In this document: piece after piece, positions 23,219 to 34,502 of the stretch | How positions within the stretch are numbered: position 1 is the first letter of the stretch | Layout of the letters: each line of letters opens with the position of its first letter | Assembly: GCF_006345805.1 (NCBI RefSeq) | Contig: NC_043008.1 | Location: 4,216,001-4,280,000, forward strand | Origin: Octopus sinensis | Lineage: Eukaryota | Reading direction: 5' to 3' | DNA: 64,000 nucleotides | Notes under the pieces: generated by a model | Seen by the model: the letters and a program-made list of their open reading frames with translations, nothing else | Told to the model about the DNA's origin: nothing | Databases searched by the model: none | Program-made: the position numbers and the translations under genes

Positions 23219-23427
23219 GAGAAGAAGAAGAAGAAGAAGAAGAAGAAGAAGGAGAAGGAGAAGATGACGATGATGGTGATGGTGGTGATGATTATGACGA
23301 CGATGATGATGATAACGATGATGATGAAGAAGAAGAAGAAGAAGAAGAAGGAGGAGAAGGAGAAGATGGTGGTGATGATGGTGGCGATGATGATGATGCC
23401 GATGATGATGATGATAACGATGATGAT

Positions 23428-23460
<33 letters not shown>

Positions 23461-23470
23461 AAAACAGAGA
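23219..23470. repeat. Compound (GAA)n/(GAT)n microsatellite inside the PLE 3' region, with a two-block internal duplication
   Basis: Direct reading: GAA block, GAT block, GAA block, GAT block, GAA block. Confidence 0.9.
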
Positions 23471-23587
23471 AGGGAGAATATGAATGTAAATATAGCTATG
23501 AAGGGGCTGATTAGTAATGGATTCTATTGAGTGTAGTATTTGTGTGTGTATATATATTTTTTTCTTTTATTCTAAAGTTGAGGTATA

Positions 23588-24367
23588 TTAATTGTTTGTC
23601 GTAGACCCGTTAAGAAGTGGCTTGTATTTTGTAATAAAGAGATTTTCTTTACTTATTCGTTGTCTCGAGGTTGTATCGTCCCTAAATTGGTAGAGGGGGA
23701 AAATTCTGAAGTTTGGTGTTTTTTTGTTGGCGCAAGTATCTATGTGTTGGCTAAAAGCTATTTTTCTGTTTTGGGGAATTTTTATCTGGGATCTGTGCAG
23801 GGCCATTCGTTTACGCAAACCATTTTTTGTTTGGCCTATGTACTGCTCTTGACACCCGGAGCAGGTTAGTGAGTATATTAGGTTCTCCGAAGCACATGTG
23901 AAGTTGCTTTTCACTGTGAAACGTTGTCCCTGTTTGAAGGAGAACTCAGAACCCTCGATTAGATAGTCGCATATCCCGCAATTGGGTCTTCCACATTTTT
24001 TTACTGTCGGCTTCTGTGTTGAAGAGTGAATTCGGGCTTGTGTAAGGAGACTTTTCATGGATCTAGGCTGTCTTTTGCTTTTTATGATCGTGTGTGTTTG
24101 GAGGATTGTGTTCATTCTGTGGTCTTTTTTTAGGAGGGGTATGTTGTGGAGGATGGTGTCGAAGGCTTCGTTATTGAGAGGGTTGTGTGTGGAGATGTAT
24201 GGTAAGGCTTTTGGTTGTAAGTTTTTCTTTGATTTGGGATGTCTCAGTTCCTTGATGTTAAGTTGAAGGGCACGTTGAATGCATTTGTCAATAAGTGAAG
24301 GTGGATAGTTCCTGGTGATTAGGGTATCTTTTAGTTCTTGTAGTCGTGTGTCTCTGGTGTTATATAT
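23588..24367 (-). CDS. Penelope-like polyprotein C-terminal part: RT thumb end, Cys-rich linker, GIY-YIG endonuclease (5'-truncated, uninterrupted frame)
   Basis: LITRNYPPSLID, LPYISTHNP, KKCGRPNCGIC, FTCASENLIYSLTCSGCQEQYIGQTKNGLRKRMALH, KENLFITKYKPLLN. The start given in the ORF track lies in duplicated flank DNA. Confidence 0.9.
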   Translation of the reverse strand: MYNTRDTRLQELKDTLITRNYPPSLIDKCIQRALQLNIKELRHPKSKKNLQPKALPYISTHNPLNNEAFDTILHNIPLLKKDHRMNTILQTHTIIKSKRQPRSMKSLLTQARIHSSTQKPTVKKCGRPNCGICDYLIEGSEFSFKQGQRFTVKSNFTCASENLIYSLTCSGCQEQYIGQTKNGLRKRMALHRSQIKIPQNRKIAFSQHIDTCANKKTPNFRIFPLYQFRDDTTSRQRISKENLFITKYKPLLNGSTTNN

Positions 24368-24471
24368 ATTACCAAAGCATGTATCCAGTTTTGCAGTGAA
24401 CAACACCTGACCTAACGCTGACTTTATCTGAGGAACCAGCTACACGGATGGAAGAACACACATATATATAT
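24368..24471 (+). repeat. 104-bp perfect direct repeat, copy 2, fused to the PLE 5' truncation point
   Basis: Identical to 22430-22533. Confidence 0.95.
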
Positions 24472-24494
24472 GTGAAGGTGGATATATATATATA

Positions 24495-24700
24495 GTTAAT
24501 CCAAACAAGAAAGCACAAAAAAACACAACAACGCGAGGATGTGGAACAAATATAGTATTATTGGACAACAGGAAAGAAGGAAAGAAGGAGGGTTTAACGT
24601 TTCGAGTGGAGCTCTTCGTTGGAAACATAGGAGAAGGAAAGATCCAGAGAGGGGAAGACAGAGGGAAAAAAATCGCCAACGGTACACACGAGGTCACATC
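24495..24700 (-). mobile_element. Short non-autonomous Penelope-type terminal element with variant hammerhead (24592-24626)
   Basis: Minus strand: GTTT-[CCAACGA]-A-GAG-CTCCA-CTC-[GAAA]-CG-[TT]-AAAC. The 3' end runs into (TA)n. Confidence 0.65.
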
Positions 24701-24705
24701 TGTCA

Positions 24706-24915
24706 CAATTGTTTAACGTCTACTTTTCCATGCTTATATGGGTCAGACAGAATTTGTTGAGGCAGAGTTTTCTAAGGTTGGGTGTCCATGGCCGTAATCC
24801 TTGTTTGTTTGCAAATGTTTTTTTTTTTCTGTTTCTACGGAAGATAGGAAGTGAATAACACCTCTTGTATGATGGTGAAACTCATTTACAACTACTGTAC
24901 AATATCAAAACAAGG
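24706..24915 (-). mobile_element. RTE-like-tailed SINE or LINE 3' fragment
   Basis: TTGTTTAACGTCTACTTTTCCATGCTTATATGGGTCAGACAGAATTTGTTGAGGCAG; a related copy lies at 34358-34490. Confidence 0.7.
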
Positions 24916-25059
24916 AGATATATACATACATGTGTGTGTGTATGTGTGTGTGTGTGTGTTACTCCTTCATCAGGATAGAATCAACAAAAAAAAAGACACT
25001 CCCTTCAGTGAGAGATAAATATCTTTTAATGTACACAAAATAAAGATTTGAGCTACTAA

Positions 25060-25400
25060 TAGTTCCAAGAAATTTGTGGGCCCAGAGCATGTAGGCTATT
25101 CAATTTACAACCAAAAAGAAGAATTACATTGGGTAATGCAAAACTGATTTCAAAAAATGTTATGCAAACCACCTATCTTCATAGATAAAAGTAAAGCCCT
25201 GAGGTTGGCCAGCCACAAATGTGTTTTGAAGACCAACTCCATACCAGATACAATCAAGTGGAAAATTGTAGAGAAATCCATACCAAAATAAGTCAATGGA
25301 TCTTAGAAATGCAACTGAAAGATCACATATTCTTTTTAGATCTAAGAATTCAACTGCATTCCTGAATTCCAAACATTTCTTTTGGTGAACTGGAGGACAC
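25060..25400 (+). pseudogene. Decayed Penelope-like GIY-YIG endonuclease fragment (second PLE lineage)
   Basis: KKNYIG*CKTDFKKCYANHLSS (YIG at 25125-25133), IKWKIVEKSIP, GS*KCN, LNSK. These are typical PLE C-terminal motifs, with stops. Confidence 0.75.
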
Positions 25401-25775
25401 CAACCTCTCTGGATTGATCAATTGTCTCACATACTTCGGCCCCTTCTCCATTAAATTATTCTACAACCAGTTTTATTATGATTTTACAGTCAAAGGCAAC
25501 ATAACTCTAATTTTCTTATTTTCTTTTCCTTCCCTTTCTTTTTCCATTTTAATTTTCACCATTCCACCTTTTGCATCTACTTTCATCATGTTTTTTTTTC
25601 TTGTGATTTCTCTTGTTCCTGTATCTTGATTTCTAAATTGAATAGCTCATTTGCTCAGAGCCTGAAGCTTGCTTGGAGACACAAGACATGTTATAAAAAC
25701 CTGCATAGACTCACATCTCCAATGCATAAATCTATCAGTAACTCATATTTTTATACTGTGTACATCAAATTACAC

Positions 25776-25806
<31 letters not shown>

Positions 25807-25811
25807 TACAC

Positions 25812-25842
<31 letters not shown>

Positions 25843-28399
25843 TACACACACACACACACACACACATACACATGCACACGCATACACACACACATTCACA
25901 ATGGGTTTCTTTCACTTTATGTCTACCATATCAACGTACAAGGCTTTTGATTGGTTTAGGAGTGCAAAAGAAATCACATGCCAAAGGTACCACACAGTGG
26001 TTAGGAAGAAAGCTTCTTTATGCCCATATAAGCATTGAACCCTTTTGCATTTAAACCGACCATATCAGCCCCAAATATTCTGCCTCTTTTATGTATACTC
26101 CTGTATGCCCACCACCCATTAGGTCTACCTTCATATGTCAGCCTCTTATGCATCCGTCGTTTACAATGCAGACATCACTTTCCTGACAGAGACTTGTCTT
26201 CGTTCTTCCTTCTTTAAAGCCTCTTAATTTTAAATTTTACTTCCAAATTAGGAATTTCCTCTCTAAATCTTTGATTCAGCTTATCACAGCATCTAAGAGT
26301 CCTTTGAACAGCAGGTCTTAAACTCCAGTTATGGCCTGGAGGATTATAATAAAAAAGCGGGGGGAGGGGCGGGAGGTCAAGAAGTGGTTTCTGATGCGCT
26401 CCAGCCTGGTCACTGAGTTTCTCACTGAACTTAACTCTCACCTACATCCTATGCGACTAAAAGGCTCTTCTTTTCTTAGCGTATATATGTGTGTGTTTGT
26501 GTATTATGTATGTATAAATATGTAATATATAATGTGTTTGTGTATGTATGAGAGTATATATATATACACACACACACACACACTCCTATTAAATAGTATA
26601 GTAACCAACAATATTTCCAATATTCTGTACACTACTAACAAGTGGCTAGTGAAGTCTGTGAATTGTATTTTACTTGATATCCATCATTCTGTTCTGTAAT
26701 TGCTTTTGTTTCCTCTTCTTTCTGAATTCTACTGCATGAGGTTTTTCTTGGTTTTGTTTTCAAAAACTTCTCATTGTTTCTTTTTCTTTCCCATTCTGGT
26801 TCTATTTCCACCTGACACCTTTAATCATCACACTTTCAAGTTATCTATTTCTCTATGCATTTAATGATTTTCTGGTAAATATGCTCCATAAGTAAATATA
26901 CTATACATCTTTTGTAAGAAGATCTGACTTATCATTGAATTAACAAGCACCAAGGGATTCATTTTTCATGGATCATTAAGTCACAGACAAGGTAAATCCA
27001 AGAGAACTAATATTGATGTGTGTTGACAAAATGGAATGTATTATTTTGTCGTGAGAAATTAAATTGACAAGAATATTCAATGTTTTGATTGAGCATTAAT
27101 TTACTGTACTCTTTAATTGATGTTAGTTAAGTATTATTAACTAATATGAGATAAGCAGTGGGATGGTTTGGCAAAATCCATTTTAAACATTAAGAAAATA
27201 TCAAAACAAGCATTTGCCATATTTAGTTTTGGCCATTTATGTTCTGAGTTAAAATTGTAAAATAACAACCAGTCCAGGATCAGGGCTGATGTCACTGACT
27301 GACTCCAAGTTCAATAGGCTTAATCACCCATAGACGGATACCTCTCTCATCACCATAATTCACTTTATTTGCATAAATAAAATCGGAAGACAGAAGAATC
27401 TTTGTAGATATTATGAAATACTCAAGAACAATTGATTCATTAAGATGATAAAGAAAAGTTTTTTTACATTATTTTTTCCTTTTATTTTGGCTTTGGAATT
27501 GCTGTCTCTGGTTTTGTTGTTTAGACCACAGGTTAGCTCTAATCAAGTAGATTTATGGCACACATATGTAGTCAGTTGAATGACTGTGTAATCAATAGAT
27601 CCATTGTTCTAGATACACCACAAATTTGTGTAGAGGAGGAAGGACCATGCTGTGCAATTCTAACAACACAAAAATAGCTGCATTATCAATAATAATCTCA
27701 TTCGCCCCAAACAACCTCTGTGTTTCACAGAAACAACCTATGTTGCACTTCGACCAACTCCTATTTGCCTGCTTCCACTCTGGTTGCGGTTGCTGCCATC
27801 CAGTTTTCATTTTCATTTTTGTTTTTCTCCTGAAATAAAGAACTCCAGACTATATTTTCCTTACCATTCTCTGTTATAGTCATTAGGTATGGCTTGAAAA
27901 AGATTCCGATGCTGTTTCTAGCAAACAGAATGGTCTTGTAGTGACTCCTTCATTGGTTCATGTTCCCTGGTTGAATTTAGCATGTTAACGTTGGTAATAT
28001 TAACTCTAGATTAAATTACCAACTTGTTTGGTATCTTCGATGATAATTTCTGGTTGTTGGCAGGTAGTTAGATTTAGTCCATGTTCAATAACTGTATTCT
28101 CAGGATTCGGCATTGGTTACACATTATCACCACCACCACCACCACCACTACAGAATTTGGATTTCCAAAATTTGTAATTATTTTGACATGAGATATTAGT
28201 ATTATCATTATTATTGAATTATTTTTTTTTGTTTTTTTTCTGTCTCAGATCATTACAGAAGACAATAATTTTCTATTGTTAAGACCTGTTCTGAACGTGC
28301 ATTGTCCGTGATTGTCGGTAGACAGTTGTGCAGTTGAAATAAATGTATAGCCACCATTGTTACATTCTGCTATTTTCTTATTTTGTGCAGTTTTGGTTT

Positions 28400-28880
28400 A
28401 AATATGTTGGTGATTTCTGCTGTAGTTTAGCCTACATCACTTTGGATTAAGTGAGCCTATGTTTAAAGTATTCCAAGCATGGCTATCCTATCCTATTTTC
28501 AGATAATATATATTTCAGGACAATATTATTCTGTGTGTTTTACCTATTTTTTAAGATGTTGAAACATTTAAGAAATTTAAGGAGATTTGGGTCACTATTT
28601 TCAGCAAGTCAGCTACCATGAGGAGGCTTCCTTATTGACTATGTAGGTAGGATGGTAGAAGAGTTGGATGTTATGATGCAGAGAGCATTATTTTGCTTTT
28701 GCTCCATGTCAACCAGATGGAGCAGATTTGTGATCAAAAGTGTTCTAACTATGACCATCATGTCTCTGTATATATAGTATTACAATGTAAAAATATATTT
28801 TCTTTCAAATGAGACCTAGATATTATTTCTAGCAGATCAAACAACCACATAAAACAATTCCTTTGTTGACCAATGATAAT
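28400..28880 (-). mobile_element. Two adjacent degenerate family D copies
   Basis: GAGCCTATGTTTAAAG..ATTCCA / GAGCAGATTTGTGATCAAAAG and ATTTTCAGCAAG / ATTTCTAGCAG motifs are repeated. Confidence 0.6.
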
Positions 28881-29399
28881 GATAATAATGGTGTTGGTGA
28901 TGAGGCTGATATCCTGACAGTCGAATAAGAACATGTCACATTGAACAAATTATTCAGAAAATATTAATAATTGAATAGTTAATTGTGGAAGCCTCTGATT
29001 GGTCGAAGACTTAAATGTGTAGCAACTTTTTGTCACTAACAGAATGGATTCTGTGTAGAGGCTCTCTCATTGGCTGAAAATTATAAATTGCACATTTTCA
29101 TAGCTTTTGATCTGCATACGCTAGAAATAGTAGCCAAATTTTCCTGAAATCAATACTTTAGCATCATATAAAAAAAAAGTACACATTATATAATGTGGTC
29201 CTTGACACCCCTAAAAACCAGGACAGGCCCGGCTGGAATGCCTTTGCCCATCTGTTCAATGAAAGTGACCAGAGGCTAAACAAAAGCAATTGTATATAGC
29301 ATAGAATTAAGAGTTAAAGACATTGATGAAGTTACAATAGATATTATCCACCTGAGAACTACAAATCTGTAATTCAAGTGATATCTTCAAGAAATTCAA

Positions 29400-29650
29400 T
29401 GAGTTGGCCCCAGCAGCAGCAGCAGTAGTAGTTAGAAATAAATCCAAAGTGTAAAAGTTGAATGTTATGAGAGTTCCAGAGTAACTCTCTGAACCAGGAC
29501 TCCATAAATTTGGTGTTACCGCTAGCAAGACTGACTGGACAGTAATTGACATGTGATGTGCAGACATCCATTTTGAAAAGGGGAATAACACTGGCAGTTT
29601 TCCACAGTTCTGGGAGAACGCAGAGATTTTGGCAGAATTTGTAAAAGTAG
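29400..29650 (-). pseudogene. CR1/L2-like LINE reverse transcriptase N-terminal fragment
   Basis: FPELWKTASVIPLFKMD....VNYCPVSLAS..TKFMES matches the P-x-x-WK-x-A-x-V-x-P-x-x-K...NYRPISL...K-x-x-E motif. Confidence 0.75.
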
Positions 29651-30089
29651 TGAAAGCTGGTATTGTAGAAAAAGCCCGCTGCATTTATAATTTGTGCAAA
29701 CTGCTGCAGTATTCACGAAGTATAGATTTTTTGTTAGTCTGGAGTAACAAAAATTTTATAAACAAAATAAACAACTACAACACTAAAATATTACAAAAAT
29801 GTATTTTGAGGTATTTATGTAATTCCAGCTTTGAAAGCTAAACTTTACTGTTTATCATTGGAAGAGATTAATGAGACCGGTTTTTTCTATAATTCTTTGT
29901 AATTGGAGATTTGGGGAAAAAAGACTAATTTCTGAAAATAAATACGTAAATACATTTAAAGAGTCTGTATCTTAATCCTAAGAATTTATCATTATTCAAG
30001 CCTAGATAACAGAGTAGGCAATAGGAATGACAAAGCGAAACAAATAGAATATTGGTAAATAGGTAAATCTTGAGACGTTAGATATATGC

Positions 30090-30200
30090 AAATTGCCAAG
30101 TGTGTACAACATATGAGTCTCGAAAATATCAAGGAATTAAGCTACCAAGAGAGGATTGAAGCAGAATATGTTGTTTTGTGTTTTGAATAAATGTCAGGGT
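30090..30200 (+). pseudogene. Possible CR1/L2-like C-terminal scrap
   Basis: IKELSYQERIEA resembles the LSYEERL motif; this is a short match only. Confidence 0.35.
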
Positions 30201-31095
30201 TGATGATATTAAAAGTTATTTAGAAACAGAGAGTTCCTATAAGACTGTGGCTAAGGCATCAAAAATATTACAGTTAACCATTTCCAAAAGACTCTTCAGA
30301 ATTAATACTAACTAAATTATCAAGAAGGTGGCATTAAATTAAAACAAAAGCAATCATAACTTTAAATCAAATTAAAATTCTGTTAAAACATATTAATTTG
30401 GACTGTGCAATATTTTACATTTTAGCAAATATAATTTTTATTTGTGTTTCTATGCCAACAATATGGCAGTCCTCTAAAGAATAATGTTACTGTTGTTTTA
30501 GCCCCAGGAAAACATCTTTTCCAGCTGGCCATCGACACACAGTTTGTGTCCCTGTATAGCATTTGCAAAGGAGGTCATCGCTCCCATTTCTAGACTTACG
30601 TGATACTCACAGACCTAGGTTTCTGACTGTTATCCATCCTCAGTGTGAGACAACCACCAGCTAGTGACGAAAGTTCTCTCCACTTGCAAATACTACATAT
30701 TCTTTAAACATCTTTGCTAAAAATAAACAATATAAAAAGAAGCTGAGATAAAATATCTACTCAAATGCCCAGCAAGTTAGAAATAGTAGCCAAATCTCCC
30801 CTATGTCATACTTTACCATCCTGAATAAAGTGCCCATTCAGTGATGCAGTCACCGATGTACAAACAGACAAAATGGGCATTGGTGATATGCCTTCAGTCA
30901 TAGTTGTGGTCAATCAGTGCCAAGCTGGGTCAGAACAGCAACAAGTAGATAGGAAGAAGAGATTTAAATGCTGTGTAATATCCTTTAATGTAACATGTTC
31001 TTATTCATAAATCTACATTGCTTTAATTCAGTGAACTGTCTAAAGGCCCTGTGTCAAATGAAGCAACTCTGTCTAACAAAATCCAGGATAGAAAT

Positions 31096-31441
31096 ATAGG
31101 TGTGACTACATGTGTAAGAAGCTTGTTTCCCAGCTTTGTAGTTTGAGATTCAGCCACCTTGAGCAGGTATCTCCTGCCATAGCCATAAAGCCTTATGAGT
31201 GGATTTGATGAATTGAAACTGAAAGAAGCCCATCATGTGAGTGTGTGTGCCTTTGTGTTGTGTCCCCAACACCATTTGGCAACCAGTGTAACATAGTTTG
31301 ACAAAAGAGACCAATAGTTGTAGGCTTCAGAAAAAAGTAGTGAGGTTGATTGACTGAACACTTCTGCTTGAATAAACCCTTCAAGATGGTGCCCCAGCAT
31401 GGTCACAGTCCACCGAGTGAAACAAGTAAAAGATAAAAGAT
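31096..31441 (+). mobile_element. SINE family A
   Basis: GTAAGAAGCTTG...GAGTGGATTTG..GAAACTGAAAGAAGCCC...GGTGCCCCAGCATGG..GAAACAAGTAAAAGATAAAAGA. Confidence 0.85.
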
Positions 31442-31676
31442 AATTTCACAAGGAAACCTATATGTTGTTGCTGGGCCTTCTGGAAATAACAGCTTGATCA
31501 CCTGCAAACCATACCCTACTGGCTTAATAAAGGATACCCGAGAATAATTAAGCCTGAGGTTGACTCAGCTTGGAAAGAAAAGAAAAGAAAACAGAGATTT
31601 CACGTCCACGAGCAGAACCCTTTGATCAAAGATGGGCTCAATTAGGGCTGCTGAGAACTAAACAACATAGAAACAG

Positions 31677-31839
31677 TCATCATCATCATCATCATCATCG
31701 TTTAACGTCCGTTCTCCATGCTAGCATGGGTTGGACGGTTCATCCGGGGATCTGGGAAGCCAGAAGGCTGCACCAGGCTCCAGTCTTATCTGGCAATGTT
31801 TCTACAGCTGGATGCCCTTCCTAACACCAACCACTCCGA
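31677..31839 (-). mobile_element. RTE LINE 3' terminus with (GAT)n tail
   Basis: (CAT)n-CGTTTAACGTCCGTTCTCCATGCTAGCATGGGTTGGACGG...GGATGCCCTTCCTAACACCAACCACTCCG. Confidence 0.9.
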
Positions 31840-31903
31840 ATATTATGTAGAAGTGATATATTGGTGGTAGGAGGAATCACTGCTATTCCCCTCCTCCTCC
31901 TCC

Positions 31904-32880
31904 TCATCATCATCATCATTTAACGTTCATTTTCCAGGCTGACATGGGTTGGAGACTTTGACAGGAATAGGCAGATCAAAAGACTAAGCCAAGCTCTTCT
32001 GTCTACTTCGGCATGCTTTCTACACCCAGATACTCTTCATAATGCCAACCACTTTACAGAGTGTACAGGGTGCTTTTTACACGGCACCAACAGCAGCAAT
32101 TTGCAGAACAAGGCCTTTCAGCTGAGAGGAATGGTATTGAGGGACAGGTATTGAGAGGAATGGTATTTAAGGCGGTGAGCTGGCAGAAACGTTAGCACAC
32201 CGGGCAAAATGCTTAGCGGTATTTCATCTGCCACTATGTTCTGAGTTCAAATTCTGCCGAGGTCGACATTGCCTTTCATCCTTTCGGGGTCGATTAAATA
32301 AGTACCAGTTACGCACTGGAGTCGATATAATTGACTTAATCCGTTTGTCCTTGTTTGTCCTCTCTGTGTTTAGCCCCTTGTGGGTAGTAAAGAAATATGT
32401 ATTGAGGGACAGAAAGGTGTTTTGCATTAGAAGAGAGACATGGCATCTTCAGTTAGAGAAGGTGGTGGTGAAGATGGCAGGGAGGGAGCAGGGGCCATAC
32501 ACCTAAGTTACAAGGTGGTGTATATAGTGGTGTGAACAAGGAATTGGAGAGGGTGGGTAGGTGAGTGGATTCACAAAATTTTGAAAGGTGAATGGGAGTT
32601 AGGTATGGAGGGAAGGGATTTAAAAGGGCAAATTGTGTGCAGGAAGGGAGAATGGAGGGGAAGTAGAGAAACAGTGATGGTGGTGAGCATAGGCAGGCTG
32701 TGGGAGTGTGAGGGAGTCGTGGACATGGGTTTTACTATCCTGGAAGGGTCTTCTCAAGCACAGAATATTTCCAGTTGTCTCAGTCCATTGCCATCTCTGT
32801 GAGGATCAACATTTGGGGATCAATTTTTCCACTTCATCCCATGTTTTTCTGGGTCTTCCTCTCCAACAAACATATTGGCA
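31904..32880 (-). mobile_element. Older RTE 3' fragment interrupted by a family B SINE
   Basis: Tail and UTR at 31904-32095; ORF end RGRPRKTWDEV at ~32830-32865 on minus. Confidence 0.6.
32171..32397 (+). mobile_element. tRNA-derived SINE family B with Nin/Deu-like domain
   Basis: GGCGGTGAGCTGGCAGAA.., GAGTTCAAATTC (B box), GCCTTTCATCCTTTCGGGGTCGATTAAATAAGTACCAG. Degenerate relatives near 27160, 33115, 34125 (-), 46590 and 62190. Confidence 0.85.
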
Positions 32881-34502
32881 AATATTTTCTTCGTGACAAA
32901 TCCACATTGCATGAGTTTTCTTTTGTTCAATAGCTTGTAGTTTATCTAAAAAAAAAACAGAATGATCATTATAAGCAAAGAATGTAGTTTAAAAAGTTAA
33001 CTTTTCGTGTGTGTGTCTGTGTGTCTGTGTAGCTTTGTGTTCCTAGCACAGCCCTCAATACAAATTCCTTGTGTTAAATTCATCCTTTTTCATCTTCCAT
33101 ATCTAATACACACAGAAGAGGTGGTCAACTGACGAAGCCATTTAAATGTTGGACAGAATGCTTTGTCGTATTTATTTTTGCTTCCTACAAATCAGTTCAA
33201 ATAGCACCAAGGTGGTCTTTGCCTTTCATCCTTTCCGGGTCAACAAAACACCAGTAAAGTATTGAAGTTGATTCTGCTTTTTTTCTTTCTCTTTTTTTTT
33301 CCCAGTTATGTTTAGATCTGAGGAATACTCGGCCATGCTGTGTTCAGCTTGTCCAAAAGATGTCCCCTATCATGGCATTGCTCCTGTGACTCCATGAGGA
33401 GTCGTATATGTGTGTATGCATGCATTTTATTCTTGTAACCATCATACCAAACTCTCCATCAAGATATACACATGGTTACATGGTACCATAAATACTCAAT
33501 GAATTATCATGAATAGCAGAGAAAGAACAGAATAAGGATAGAAATTGCCACTTTATACACAATTTTTCATTTCATTTCTAATTGCCAATTTCCAGATATT
33601 TATTTTCTTTAAATTTCCAGTTGAAGAAAATGGCTATTCAGGTACAAAATGTTGCATTATAAGAAAACTAAAGTCTTCATTTTTAGCATGAAAATGGGAT
33701 TGAATGATTAATGAGCATGATACTGAAAGACAAACTAGGAACTCATTATTCGAAACATAATTCCATTTCAGGCAAAAAAAGAAAAGAAAAATAAAGAACC
33801 TGATGAGGAATCGCTTGGTTGTATCTTATTACGTTGCTAATATATTTTCTTGATATTATGGCATTCAATGGAATTACTTTCCAACTAATTGGAAAATCAA
33901 TTTCATTTCCACAAGAAAGATTTGATAAACCTAGATGATCTGATTGGTATTAGCTCAAGGAAATGTAGCATTTCTGATTCCTAGCTTTTAGAAATTATTG
34001 CTCAGAGCAGAAGAGTAAATCCTTGCAAAAAATCATTCGTTTTGGTCTAATTCAAAAATACATAAAAGCATCATTAGATGTATTACCATGAATTCATTAT
34101 TGCCTAAGTCTTGTTTCTTAATATTGGTTTCAAATTTTGGTGCAAGGCTGGAGGTGGGGGTGTCAACTACATCAACCCCAATGTTTAACTGGTACCAATC
34201 TTTATCAACCTAAAATAATGAAGGGCAAAGTCAACCTCAGAAAAATTTAAACACAGAGCATAAACACAGACAAAATCACTTAGCAGCATTTTGTCTGTGT
34301 TTATGCTAATGATTCTGCAGGCATGACATCCGTTTGTTCCTTAATATTGCTGGGACATCATCATCATCATCATTTTCATGTTCACCGCTCTATGCTCACA
34401 TGAGTCAGACAGAATTTATTGAGGCAAATTTTTTACAACTGGAAGCCCTTCCTGTCATCAATCCTCACCTGTTTGCAAGGTAATATTTCTCCATCACCAG
34501 AA

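Larger units (their letters stand above)
22776..24367 (-). mobile_element. 5'-truncated Penelope-like retroelement (Neptune-like linker Zn motif), apparently young
   Basis: GIY-YIG frame, ~800 bp 3' region, terminal hammerhead motif, and a 3' end that runs into (TA)n. Confidence 0.9.

Noticed and set aside
23216-23530. Lys/Met-rich 104-aa ORF
   Set aside because: (GAA)n/(GAT)n microsatellite.
24368-24406. N-terminus MLFTAKLDTCFGN of the 272-aa ORF (also seen in ORF 22253-22468)
   Set aside because: Derived from the duplicated 104-bp flank with a GTG start; not part of the retroelement protein.
25655-25700. Possible hammerhead downstream of the decayed GIY-YIG (CTGAAGC-TTG...CAA-GACA-TG-TT)
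   Set aside because: Two core mismatches and no stem I pairing; position is the only support.
28220-28325. Candidate host exon after a strong pyrimidine tract and CAG (similar candidates at 1951-2000 and 59114-59146)
   Set aside because: Stops or no recognisable protein, and no consistent exon chain. Such signals are common by chance in AT-rich DNA. RNA-seq would be needed; non-coding exons cannot be excluded.
33795-33845. CTGATGAG as a hammerhead core (also 50442 and 24968 minus)
   Set aside because: No stem II followed by GAAA and no closing stem I.
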